Assembly: GCA_964372205.1 (NCBI GenBank)
Contig: CAYJQB010000001.1
Coordinates: 475,949 to 539,948 of the forward strand
DNA from: Candidatus Woesearchaeota archaeon
GTDB lineage: Archaea; Nanobdellota; Nanobdellia; Pacearchaeales; GW2011-AR1
DNA: 64,000 nucleotides
Direction of reading: 5' to 3'
The number at the start of each line of letters is the position of its first letter. The stretch's first letter is position 1. The notes beneath the pieces were generated by a model. It did no database searches. It was not told the origin of the DNA and was given only the letters and a program-made list of their open reading frames with translations. Below, one piece after another: positions 55,339-64,000 of the stretch. A program made the position numbers and the translations under genes.

Positions 55339-57326
55339 ATCTTAGCTCTTCTCAATAGATTAGCATTTGTGACAACAGTAATACTTGAAGCAGCCATTGC
55401 AATCTCAGCAATCACTGGGTGCAAAAGTCCAGCAATCGCCACAGGTATAGCAATAACATTATAAGCAAATGCCCAGAACAGATTCTGCTTTATCTTCCTA
55501 AACGTAGCCTTTGAAAGATTTATTGCTTCCACAACCCCTACTAAACTTCCCTTTACAAGCACAAGATCTCCAGCTTCAATAGCTATATCTGTTCCCGTGC
55601 CCATGGCAATACCAACATTGCTTTGCTTCAATGCAGGAGCATCATTAACTCCATCTCCAATGAATGCAACAAATCCTTCCTTTTGAAGTTCCTCAACAGC
55701 TTTTGCCTTATCTTCAGGAAGAACATTTGCTATTACTTGTTTTATTCCTACTTGAGTAGCAATAGCTTTAGCAGTTCTTTCATTATCCCCAGTTATCATA
55801 ACAGTCTTGTAGCCCTTCGCATTCAACATCTTTATGGCATCAATAGAGTCATCTTTTACCGCATCGGCTACTGCAATAACTCCAATAATTTTTCCTCCTT
55901 GCGCAACAATCATAGTGGTCTTTCCATGCTCCTCAAAACCTTCAATAACATTCTCAAATCCTTTCATATTGATTTTACGTTCTTTCATCAGAGTAGCGTT
56001 CCCAATCACAATTTTCTTTCCTGCGAGAGTCCCTTCAACTCCTCTTCCTCGAAGAATCTTGAATCCCTTTACGCTTCCATATTTCTTCAGTGCTGCTTTA
56101 TTAACAATCGCCTTAGCAATTGGATGTTCACTCAAATTTTCAAGTGAAGCAGAAATCTCGAGTAGTTTCTTCTCCCCAACTTTAGAGTAAATATCAGTAA
56201 CTTCTGGTTTTCCTTTCGTTATAGTTCCAGTCTTGTCAAAAACTATAGTCTTCACTTGCTTCATTGTCTGAATAGCTTCACCCTTTCTGATAAGTATTCC
56301 CTTCTTAGCCCCCATACCACTTCCAACCATTAGAGATATAGGCACTGCTAATCCGAGGGAACAAGGACAAGCGATGACTAGAACAGCAATAGCAACTCCA
56401 AGTGCTCTGCTCAATTCCCCAGTGAAAAACCACCAATTAGCAAAAGCAAGAACTGCAATCAATAATATGATTGGAACAAACACTCCAGTTATTTTATCAG
56501 CAAGTCTTTGAATAGGCACCTTTGTCCCTTGTGCTTCTTCAACAAGTTCAATAACATGAGCAAGGAAAGTATCTTTGCCAACCTTTGTAGCCTTCACATA
56601 AAGAATTCCATCTTGATTTATAGTTGCACCAATAACATTACTTCCTTTCATCTTATCAATCGGCAAACTCTCTCCAGTCACCATGCTCTCATCAACTGCG
56701 CTCTCTCCCTTTACAACCTCTCCATCTGTAGGTATCTTCTCTCCAGGTTTAATCACCATAACATCCCCAACTTTTACTTCAGAAATATCAATCTCAATTT
56801 CCTCTTTTCCTCTCAACACTCGAGCTTTCTTAGCTCCAAGCTCAAGCAGTTTCTTTATCTCCTGACTTGCTCTTCCCTTTGCCTTGGCTTCAATATATTT
56901 CCCTGTGATAAAAATAGCCATTATCATGCTTGCAACACCAGAGTAATCAGAAACAAATCCAAAATAACTAAAGAACCCAGTCAGATAAGCAACGACTGTT
57001 CCAAGAGCAATTAAAGAATCCATATTAAAATAAAATGTATAAAATCCACGCAATCCCCCTCGTATTGTACTCCATCCAAATACAAAAACAACTGGAAATC
57101 CCAGAACAAGCAAGGTAGGAATCATCCAGCCCATTGGTAAGATATCTATCCCAAAAACTCTATCTAAAATCATAAGAATAGCAACTGGAATAGCAAACAT
57201 CCAGCTTCCAACCATCTTCCTCTTCCAGCTTCGCATCTCCATCTCTTCAACACTAGCGTGATGTGCGTGTTCGTCATGGTTCATTCCGGTCATCTTCATT
57301 CCTGCGTGATGTTTATGCTTCCCCAT
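55335..57326 (-). CDS. copA: Copper-translocating P1B-type ATPase
   Basis: TGES, ACPCSLGL, DKTGT, SEHP, GDGVND, YN and MAASS; His/Met-rich N-terminus instead of an HMA domain. Confidence 0.95.
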   Translation of the reverse strand: MGKHKHHAGMKMTGMNHDEHAHHASVEEMEMRSWKRKMVGSWMFAIPVAILMILDRVFGIDILPMGWMIPTLLVLGFPVVFVFGWSTIRGGLRGFYTFYFNMDSLIALGTVVAYLTGFFSYFGFVSDYSGVASMIMAIFITGKYIEAKAKGRASQEIKKLLELGAKKARVLRGKEEIEIDISEVKVGDVMVIKPGEKIPTDGEVVKGESAVDESMVTGESLPIDKMKGSNVIGATINQDGILYVKATKVGKDTFLAHVIELVEEAQGTKVPIQRLADKITGVFVPIILLIAVLAFANWWFFTGELSRALGVAIAVLVIACPCSLGLAVPISLMVGSGMGAKKGILIRKGEAIQTMKQVKTIVFDKTGTITKGKPEVTDIYSKVGEKKLLEISASLENLSEHPIAKAIVNKAALKKYGSVKGFKILRGRGVEGTLAGKKIVIGNATLMKERKINMKGFENVIEGFEEHGKTTMIVAQGGKIIGVIAVADAVKDDSIDAIKMLNAKGYKTVMITGDNERTAKAIATQVGIKQVIANVLPEDKAKAVEELQKEGFVAFIGDGVNDAPALKQSNVGIAMGTGTDIAIEAGDLVLVKGSLVGVVEAINLSKATFRKIKQNLFWAFAYNVIAIPVAIAGLLHPVIAEIAMAASSITVVTNANLLRRAKI

Positions 57327-57328
57327 TT

Positions 57329-57775
57329 TTACAAGTCTTTCCTCATCCTTAATTTATCATCTCCATTCTTGTAATGATTTTTCTTGACGTCAATCACATA
57401 AAACCCATTTTTATTATACAAAGAAATAGCTTTGAGGTTCTTTGACCAAACATTTAGAAAAATAGATTTTGACTTGTTCTTCTTAGCCAAAATTATTGCC
57501 TTCTTGATTAATAATTTTGAATATCCTTTTCCCTGAAAATCTTTTCTAACAGCCATATTATCCAATTCAGTTCCTTTATTTTCATGAGATAATGCAATAT
57601 ATCCTATGCAATCTTTGCCATTTTCAAGAATATAAACTTCATCTTTCCATTCAGTAAAAATCCTGTTAATTAAAACTTCACAATCTTTTCTGCTCTTATT
57701 CCATCTATAACCGCTTTCCCACTCTACATCTACAAGCTGATAAGAATCTTTAATTGTTGCTTTTCTTATCCCCAT
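57329..57775 (-). CDS. GNAT (RimI-like) N-acetyltransferase
   Basis: MAVRKDFQGKGYSKLL, NLKAISLYNKNGF; start moved to MGIRKA. Confidence 0.88.
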   Translation of the reverse strand: MGIRKATIKDSYQLVDVEWESGYRWNKSRKDCEVLINRIFTEWKDEVYILENGKDCIGYIALSHENKGTELDNMAVRKDFQGKGYSKLLIKKAIILAKKNKSKSIFLNVWSKNLKAISLYNKNGFYVIDVKKNHYKNGDDKLRMRKDL

Positions 57776-57776
57776 T

Positions 57777-57989
57777 TTAATCCACACTCACAACCTTATA
57801 CCCTACTTTTGCAACTGCCTTTCTCATCTCTTCTTCAGAAGTCTTATCTTCACACTCAACAAAGGCTTTGTTTGTCACAGCACTCACAGTGCATTCTTTT
57901 ACACCAGATACTTTTCTCAAACTCCTTTCAATATTACTTGCACACGAAGCACAATGCATCCCTTGAATTGATATTTTTACTTTTTTCAT
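57777..57989 (-). CDS. copZ: Copper chaperone (HMA domain)
   Basis: GMHCASC motif in a 70-aa protein. Confidence 0.92.
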   Translation of the reverse strand: MKKVKISIQGMHCASCASNIERSLRKVSGVKECTVSAVTNKAFVECEDKTSEEEMRKAVAKVGYKVVSVD

Positions 57990-58003
57990 TTTCCTTTTAC
58001 AAT

Positions 58004-58306
58004 CTATTCTTTAATCCCTAAAAGATTATGAAGCCCTCCTTCTAAATTTATTATATTTGTATATCCTGCATTCAAAAGCAATTGACAAGCATATCTCGAG
58101 GCATTTCCTCTTCGGCAATAAACAAGTATTTTTGTGTTCTTATCACCAGGTAACTTATCAGCATAATCATTCAAATTTTCACTCTCCATTACCAAATCAG
58201 TCCCTTCTAAAATCTTTGGAAAAGAATTTGGAGCTCTAATAGCAAAAACTCCTGGCTCTTTCATTAATTTAACAAATTCGTCCGGAGAAACACTCTTGTA
58301 ACTCAT
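58004..58306 (-). CDS. Rhodanese-like protein
   Basis: ILVYCRRGNAS...AGYTNIINLEGG. Confidence 0.88.
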   Translation of the reverse strand: MSYKSVSPDEFVKLMKEPGVFAIRAPNSFPKILEGTDLVMESENLNDYADKLPGDKNTKILVYCRRGNASRYACQLLLNAGYTNIINLEGGLHNLLGIKE

Positions 58307-58467
58307 TTTATCATCTTAACAGCCTGTTTAATTATTTCCACGTTACAACTCTCGTGCTTTTTGCACCACTGCTCGCATTCCTGCGCAGTTATTTCATCCT
58401 TATAGAGAAACCCGCATTTCATACATTTATAGACTATTATTCCATCTAGGTTTGTTTCTTCTGTCAT
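58303..58467 (-). CDS. Small Cys/His-rich metal-binding protein (missed by the ORF track, 54 aa)
   Basis: Manual translation MTEETNLDGIIVYKCMKCGFLYKDEITAQECEQWCKKHESCNVEIIKQAVKMIK; ATGA overlap with the rhodanese gene. Confidence 0.85.
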   Translation of the reverse strand: MTEETNLDGIIVYKCMKCGFLYKDEITAQECEQWCKKHESCNVEIIKQAVKMIK

Positions 58468-58483
58468 GTTATCAGTTCAAATA

Positions 58484-58765
58484 TTACCTTCTCCTCCTGT
58501 TATTAGATTGGTTTCCCTGCATCTGCCTCACAAGCCAAACTATGAGTAATACCAGAGCAACTAAGACTGCCAGCATAAAAATCCAGCCAAACATCATCCC
58601 GCCCCAAGAGCCCATCATGCCCCAACCATAATTTGAATTATAATTTCCGCCCATCATGCCACAGAATCCTGTCCATCCGTTTCCACCAAAGGGCATCACG
58701 AATAAAAAGAATATAGAAATAACTATCAAAACTACAATCCAAGCAGTGTTATTATTTCTCGTCAT
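58484..58765 (-). CDS. Small 2-TM protein with Gly/Met-rich loop
   Basis: GMMGG, GMMGS and GMMFG repeats; SD TGAAAGGAGGT. Confidence 0.8.
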   Translation of the reverse strand: MTRNNNTAWIVVLIVISIFFLFVMPFGGNGWTGFCGMMGGNYNSNYGWGMMGSWGGMMFGWIFMLAVLVALVLLIVWLVRQMQGNQSNNRRRR

Positions 58766-59132
58766 GTTTATTACCTCCTTTCATACCACGTAGTATGTGC
58801 ACACAGTTTTTGGACATATGTTTGTCTATCATATCCATTAAGGGCATTATAGTTTTCTCATTTAGCCGGTAATATCTAAATTTACCATCACTCTCCATCT
58901 CTACAAACCCGCAAGTTTTCAATCTCTTTAAGTTGTGACTTGTAGATGTCTGATCCAAATTCAGCTCATTCATAATCTCAGAGACGTTCCTCATTCCATT
59001 TCGAAGCAAGTTTATTATCTTCAGTCTAGGCTCGCTCACGAGAGTCCCAAAAAATATCTTATAGGACTCAAACAATTCTGACTCAGTCATATGTCCACAT
59101 TCAACTTGATTTAACATGTCTTCACTTATCAT
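58752..59132 (-). CDS. ArsR/SmtB-family transcriptional regulator
   Basis: PRLKIINLL...NVSEI...QTSTSHNLKRLKTCGFV...GKFRYYRL; C-terminal H..NC.H. Confidence 0.9.
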   Translation of the reverse strand: MISEDMLNQVECGHMTESELFESYKIFFGTLVSEPRLKIINLLRNGMRNVSEIMNELNLDQTSTSHNLKRLKTCGFVEMESDGKFRYYRLNEKTIMPLMDMIDKHMSKNCVHILRGMKGGNKHDEK

Positions 59133-59151
59133 ATGTTAGTTCAATACATAT
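59131..59151. promoter_or_regulatory. Putative ArsR operator palindrome ATATGT-N9-ACATAT
   Basis: Lies between the TATA (about 59158-59164) and the arsR start. Confidence 0.5.
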
Positions 59152-59199
59152 ATGCTATTTAAATCTTTCTACGCTATTAATATCAACTTCAAAATAAAA

Positions 59200-59589
59200 T
59201 CACTCAACAACTAACTTTCCAAATCCCATACCCATTGTACATGAGAAAGTGTAAGTCCCTTTTTCTAATGCAGGTAATTGAATCGTATCAGAAGGAGTTT
59301 TTAGATATTTTGAGTAAGCTTTTCCATTAAGTCTGAACACTACGGATCTTAAACACCCTCCTACAGAAGAATCTGCAGTAAGTTCAATAGGTTGTCCTGC
59401 TTTAACTCTTAAATCCGCATAATTAAGTCCATTTTGGCTTAAAGTTGCTTTTTGAGTCTCACCAGGAATAATCTCTTGTCCTTCATCAATAACTTTTCCA
59501 GTAACTCCGCTTCCGAAGTTTACGAAAACAAACCCTCCGACTAAGAGAATCATTATACCGATTATAGCTAGCATTGCCGAATTTTTCAT
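59200..59589 (-). CDS. Membrane-anchored cupredoxin-like protein
   Basis: VKAGQPIEL...GC...GTYTFSCTMGM..GKLVV. Confidence 0.85.
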   Translation of the reverse strand: MKNSAMLAIIGIMILLVGGFVFVNFGSGVTGKVIDEGQEIIPGETQKATLSQNGLNYADLRVKAGQPIELTADSSVGGCLRSVVFRLNGKAYSKYLKTPSDTIQLPALEKGTYTFSCTMGMGFGKLVVE

Positions 59590-59637
59590 TCTATCTCAAA
59601 ATATTTAAGCTATTTAAGAGCTTCGCTGAAACCAGTT

Positions 59638-60276
59638 TCAGCCTCCAGACAATTCAATCCTTAGCTCTTCGAGAAATTCCTCCAAAAATAAGTGTCTTCT
59701 TTCAGCAATTCTCCTAGCCGATTCAGTGTGAATTCTATCTTTAATTTTCAGAAGTCTTGAATAAAAAACATCTATAGTGTGCTTAAGTCCTTCAGGAGAA
59801 CGATTTGTACAAAAAGGGTCGTCCATATCATAAAATTTCCTTGCAAGCTGACCAGTTGTTGAAAAGATTCTCATTATAGATATGGCTCCCGTTGATTCAA
59901 GCATATCAGCATCTTGTAATATCTTTGATTCAAGAAGGTTTGGAATTATCCCTTTTGTAAAAGAACATTCTAAAATGCAAGTCTTAATTCTAAAAATTTT
60001 ATCTTCTGGATAGTTCAATTCGGTCAAAATTTTCTCTGCTGCTCTTGAGCTCTCCTCCTGAGAACGAGAACTTTTAGGATGATTTTTAGGATAAACTACT
60101 AAATCATGAAATAATGCTGCAGGAATTAAGACATCCAAATCTCCCCCTTCAATCTCTGCAATTCTTTCAGCATTCTGCAACACTCTCAAAATATGGCTAA
60201 TATCGTGAGACACATCTTTGTCAGATATTCTTTCTTTAACAATTTCTATGAGTTTATTTCTTAATGTTTTATTCAT
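59638..60276 (-). CDS. HD-domain phosphohydrolase
   Basis: SHDISHILRV, AALFHD, ILQDADMLE. Confidence 0.9.
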   Translation of the reverse strand: MNKTLRNKLIEIVKERISDKDVSHDISHILRVLQNAERIAEIEGGDLDVLIPAALFHDLVVYPKNHPKSSRSQEESSRAAEKILTELNYPEDKIFRIKTCILECSFTKGIIPNLLESKILQDADMLESTGAISIMRIFSTTGQLARKFYDMDDPFCTNRSPEGLKHTIDVFYSRLLKIKDRIHTESARRIAERRHLFLEEFLEELRIELSGG

Positions 60277-61931
60277 TTTGTAAAGGCATTCTCCAAGATA
60301 TTTTTAGTTTTAAGCATTGAACAAGCAGTTACGAATCCAATAAAAAGAGGTGAGGGATTTAGTAGACTACTTTGAAATTCTGGGTGAGCTTGGGTGCCAA
60401 TAAAAAATTTGTGATTTGGAATTTCTATAAACTCTACAAGTTTACCATCTGGACTAAGTCCACTCAAGAACAATCCATTTTCCTGAAGAACTTGATGGTA
60501 ATCTGGATTTACTTCAAATCTGTGCCTATGTCTTTCTGAAGCAATATCGACACCATAAATCTCTCTCACTCTCCCACTTAAAATTGCGGGATAAGAACCG
60601 AGCCTCATCGTTCCACCCTTATTGACTACTTTCTTTTGTTCGTCTAACAAGCTTATCACCTTGTGTAACGAATTGCTGTCTATTTCGGAGCTGTTAGCAT
60701 CCAGATCACAAACATTTCTCGCAAACTCAACAACTGCCAGTTGCATCCCGTAACATAAGCCTAAAAAAGGAATATTGTTTTCACGAGCATGCTTTATGGC
60801 ATTTATCTTTCCATTTACTCCTGAAGCCCCAAATCCTCCAGGAACTATAATTCCATCCAAACCTTTAAAGACATTATGCAGATTGTCTAAATCATCTTCC
60901 AGACTCTTGGAGTTTATCCACTTGATATCTAAACCTATTCCTAAATTGGCACATGAGTGCTTAAGAGATTCACTTATTGAAATATATGAATCCTTCAGAA
61001 CATAACCCCCTCTATCTAAATATTTTCCAATTATTCCTATTCTAACCTTTTTCTTTGAAGTTGCAAAATCGCTCACTAACTTTTTCCACTTAGACCAATC
61101 AGGATTTTTCTTTCTTGTGGCTTTTAGTTTTGTTAAAATCTTTTGTCCAATTCCTTCATTCTCCAAATCAATAGGTATAACATATAACATGTTTTTATTT
61201 CCCTCATCAGAAATATCAGGCATAGAGATAATATCTTCTTTTTTTACATTGGAATAATCCTGAATTTTCCTTTTTCTCTCCTCATCCAACCTATTAACAC
61301 CCCTACAAAGGATTATGTCCGGATGAATTGCATTCTCCGTAAGTAATTTTATCGCGAGCTGAGTTGGCTTTGTTTTCATTTCAGATATATGATTTGGAAC
61401 TGGAAGATAGGTCACAAGAACATAAATCAAATTGTCTTTTCCAATTTCCCTCTCTAATGACTTTGCTGCAAATAAAAAGGGGATATTCTCATAATCTCCT
61501 ACAGTCCCTCCAATTTCAACTAGAGCGAAATCATAGCCTTCACTCGCTTGTTGAATTCTTCTTTTTATTTCGTTTGGAACATGTGGAATAAACTGAACTG
61601 TTTGCCCCAAAAAGTCTCCTTTTCTTTCCCTTTCAATTAACTCCCTATAAATCTGTCCTGTAGTGATATTATTTATTTTTGGAATAGATTGATCGAGAAA
61701 TCTTTCATAATTTCCCAAATCTTGATCTATTTCTCCCCCATCATGAGTAACCCACACCTCTCCGTGTTCTGTAGGTCTTAATGTTCCTGCATCACAATTG
61801 ATATATGGGTCTATTTTAACAGCAGTAACAGAAAATCCATATTCCTTGAGTATTCTACCTATTGAAGCTGTTGCAATTCCTTTTCCAACGCCCGAAATAA
61901 CTCCGCCTATTACAAAAATGTATTTTGTCAT
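60273..61931 (-). CDS. pyrG: CTP synthase
   Basis: GGVISGVGKG, KIDPYIN, EHGEV, DLGNYERF, KTKPTQ, GLCYGMQ, ERHRHRFE, QAHPE. Confidence 0.96.
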   Translation of the reverse strand: MTKYIFVIGGVISGVGKGIATASIGRILKEYGFSVTAVKIDPYINCDAGTLRPTEHGEVWVTHDGGEIDQDLGNYERFLDQSIPKINNITTGQIYRELIERERKGDFLGQTVQFIPHVPNEIKRRIQQASEGYDFALVEIGGTVGDYENIPFLFAAKSLEREIGKDNLIYVLVTYLPVPNHISEMKTKPTQLAIKLLTENAIHPDIILCRGVNRLDEERKRKIQDYSNVKKEDIISMPDISDEGNKNMLYVIPIDLENEGIGQKILTKLKATRKKNPDWSKWKKLVSDFATSKKKVRIGIIGKYLDRGGYVLKDSYISISESLKHSCANLGIGLDIKWINSKSLEDDLDNLHNVFKGLDGIIVPGGFGASGVNGKINAIKHARENNIPFLGLCYGMQLAVVEFARNVCDLDANSSEIDSNSLHKVISLLDEQKKVVNKGGTMRLGSYPAILSGRVREIYGVDIASERHRHRFEVNPDYHQVLQENGLFLSGLSPDGKLVEFIEIPNHKFFIGTQAHPEFQSSLLNPSPLFIGFVTACSMLKTKNILENAFTK

Positions 61932-62287
61932 CCAGTCCTCCTCGGAAATTTCATTTTCTTCTGGAGAAATTCTGAGCTTGCACGCCTTTCCAAAGATTCA
62001 GCATATAATCCTCTAAACTGAGCTTCCCATTTTCCTGGAAGATAGGTTAATACTTGAAGCTGTCCTTCCTCGTAAACTGAATCATAAAGAACTCTTTGTG
62101 TATCTTTACTAAATATAACCATTTCTTCTTTGCTGTAAATATCATTTTGGTAAGAACGTCTTGTAATTCGCAGGGTTTCATCTTCAAAAACAAATCCATC
62201 TCCTAGAATACAAGCTATAGACCTAGCTCTATAAAACATTACTCTTTGCGTTAGCTCTATTAGTCTTTCAAAATTCATATCCTTCAT
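61928..62287 (-). CDS. Hypothetical protein
   Basis: 4-nt overlaps with both neighbours. Confidence 0.7.
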   Translation of the reverse strand: MKDMNFERLIELTQRVMFYRARSIACILGDGFVFEDETLRITRRSYQNDIYSKEEMVIFSKDTQRVLYDSVYEEGQLQVLTYLPGKWEAQFRGLYAESLERRASSEFLQKKMKFPRRTG

Positions 62288-63327
62288 TGTAAAACTTCTA
62301 ATTTATTTATTTCAAAGACAAATTTATTGAGATGTTCTAACCTGCTTCCAGAGGAATTTTTATCAAGCCATGAAAGTGCATTTAATGTTTTATCCAGATA
62401 GAATCTCCTGCTATCTTTTCTTTCAAAACCTTCCCCTTGATACTGAACGCCTTCAGCAAAATGGACAAATTCCCTTGCTAAAAGTCTGAACATTCTGGCC
62501 ACCATTGTTGAATAATAGAGCTTATCTTTTATCCAAAGTTCTTTGTTTTTTGGCGCAACAACTCCAAGTGAGCACGCTTCATGTTCTAAGATGTGGATGA
62601 TATCATCTGCTCTAGTGACAAGATAATTAGCAGTTGCAAAATCGACATGATACAAAAGATTCTTGAAATATTCAAGTCCGCCAACTTTTGAGAGTTTACT
62701 TACGATAAATTCCATTGCCTCCTCCTTAGCGCAATCTAATTTTGGTTCATTAATGAGAATGTTATTTGTTGTGCTATCTCTAAAGATAAAGTCTGAATTC
62801 TTAGTGAGATATTCAGCAAGTGTCCTTAAATCAGCTCTCACTAAAAAGCCTTCAGCACTTTTTGAATCATATCCTTTCATACCAAATAAATTAATTATCG
62901 CATCAAATGACTCTTGCAATTTAGTCTCATAGGGGTACTCACGTATCTTCTCTCCGATAAGTTTTGATAAATCTTGATTAAGACCCTGAAAGATAATCAA
63001 ATCTTCAATCATCTTGTCTATTAAGAGTTCTTTTAATTCTAAAGATCCACAACGAACAATTCTCGTTTGATTATTATCTTCTTTTATTATATCCAGTAGA
63101 TAAAAAAGTTTTGTCAAAGATATGCCTGAAATATAGTCTGTGGCTAGTTCCCTAGTGCTAGTCCTTTCATTTATAATTTTTGGCACATTCAATCTTGAAT
63201 TATTTTTAAGAAAATTCAATACTTTCTTTTCAACCTCTAATTCTTCTAGTTTTCTTCTTTTGATTAATATCTTTCCCTCTAGAGTTACATAGGGTTTTTT
63301 CACTAATTTTAAAAAATTAGTTTTCAT
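62284..63327 (-). CDS. Protein-kinase-like (APH/choline kinase fold) phosphotransferase
   Basis: LIKR, E helix, NVPKI, DYISG, catalytic-loop-like RDSTTNNIL, metal-binding-like VDF. Confidence 0.6.
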   Translation of the reverse strand: MKTNFLKLVKKPYVTLEGKILIKRRKLEELEVEKKVLNFLKNNSRLNVPKIINERTSTRELATDYISGISLTKLFYLLDIIKEDNNQTRIVRCGSLELKELLIDKMIEDLIIFQGLNQDLSKLIGEKIREYPYETKLQESFDAIINLFGMKGYDSKSAEGFLVRADLRTLAEYLTKNSDFIFRDSTTNNILINEPKLDCAKEEAMEFIVSKLSKVGGLEYFKNLLYHVDFATANYLVTRADDIIHILEHEACSLGVVAPKNKELWIKDKLYYSTMVARMFRLLAREFVHFAEGVQYQGEGFERKDSRRFYLDKTLNALSWLDKNSSGSRLEHLNKFVFEINKLEVLQ

Positions 63328-64000
63328 TATTCTCTCCAGTTACAGAAAAAGATATTGAATTGAAAAGACGTTTTGAATCATATAAGACTTCATCAAGATT
63401 CTCGCCAATAACTAAATGCTTTGTTAATTTTGTTCCACCCAAATTCACGGGGCTAATCATTTTTCCAATCATCTCAGTTTTGATATCATATTCTTCCCCA
63501 AAAACAAAAGTTTTTTCATTGGACATTTCAGGTATGCTTATATTTTGAAGAATTCCCTGCTGAGATGAAGCCTTTGTAACAATACACGAAGATAATATTT
63601 GCTTGTCAGGGACATTAGGTTCTAATCCAAGTCTATTTAAAATGTCATTTTGAATATGATTCATAGAATGTGAATGTTTGAACAAGTCTTGTCTAAGTGA
63701 ACCAATACGCAAGCCCATGTCTAGAAGTTTCCACCCATCTTTCGATTTTATCAAATCAAAGTGAGCTGAAGTATTCCTTATGTTAAGATGAGTTACTAAT
63801 TCTGATATTACTTGATTAAGACTATTCATTTCATCTTTGGAAAAATTTGGGTCAACATACTGAAATGCATTATAAGTATCATCAATACCTAATTCGAATG
63901 CCGGAATAACTCTAACAGCTGGACATAAAATAGATTGACCACAAGAATTGATGTACGTATTTACTGAATATTGTTTTCCTTCAATAAATTCTTCAATCAT
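63317..64000 (-). CDS. ATP-grasp ligase, C-terminal part (gene starts beyond the window)
   Basis: IEEFIEGKQYSVN, AHFDL...WKLLDMGLRIG (ATP-grasp ExNxR-like variant). Confidence 0.75.
   Translation of the reverse strand: MIEEFIEGKQYSVNTYINSCGQSILCPAVRVIPAFELGIDDTYNAFQYVDPNFSKDEMNSLNQVISELVTHLNIRNTSAHFDLIKSKDGWKLLDMGLRIGSLRQDLFKHSHSMNHIQNDILNRLGLEPNVPDKQILSSCIVTKASSQQGILQNISIPEMSNEKTFVFGEEYDIKTEMIGKMISPVNLGGTKLTKHLVIGENLDEVLYDSKRLFNSISFSVTGENNEN

Noticed and set aside
55034..55345. Acidic 103-aa ORF overlapping the helicase tail, or a programmed frameshift
   Set aside because: The purine-rich RGS tail leaves another frame open by composition; there is no start signal and the helicase is complete.
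50232..57014. Long antisense ORFs inside dys and copA (50232-50795, 55623-56147, 56508-57014) and similar shadows elsewhere
   Set aside because: Fully nested opposite well-conserved genes, with no recognisable motifs.

Overview
AT-rich archaeal chromosome segment with no rRNA, CRISPR array or transposase. The archaeal information-processing genes (RFC-L, FEN1, MCM, RPA, aRF1, aIF1A, aIF2-beta, eL15, Sec61-beta, NAC, DHS), the near absence of metabolic genes, the many short orphans and the TATA boxes close to start codons point to a reduced DPANN genome, probably Pacearchaeota-like (inference). The window holds a type IV/Tad pilus locus with a KaiC-like ATPase and a VWA adhesin (19.1-29.3 kb), three tRNA genes (Ile-GAU; Gly-CCC with a 98-nt structured intron; Asn-GUU with a 15-nt intron), an ArsR-led copper operon, several bacterial-type genes (Pol II-like PolB, split MetRS, MnmA), and a translationally coupled ATP-grasp / kinase-like / orphan / CTP synthase / HD-hydrolase operon at the right edge. 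I translated four small genes that the ORF track missed: Sec61-beta, a DUF5679-like Zn protein, a Cys-rich protein in the copper operon, and a 57-aa Arg/Thr protamine-like repeat protein (46052-46225). The last one is the most striking: it has its own promoter and SD and lies beside a dense array of TGTAA/TTACA motifs. Product calls rest on recalled motifs, not database searches, so novelty is unverified. Where noted, starts were moved to a more plausible downstream start codon.
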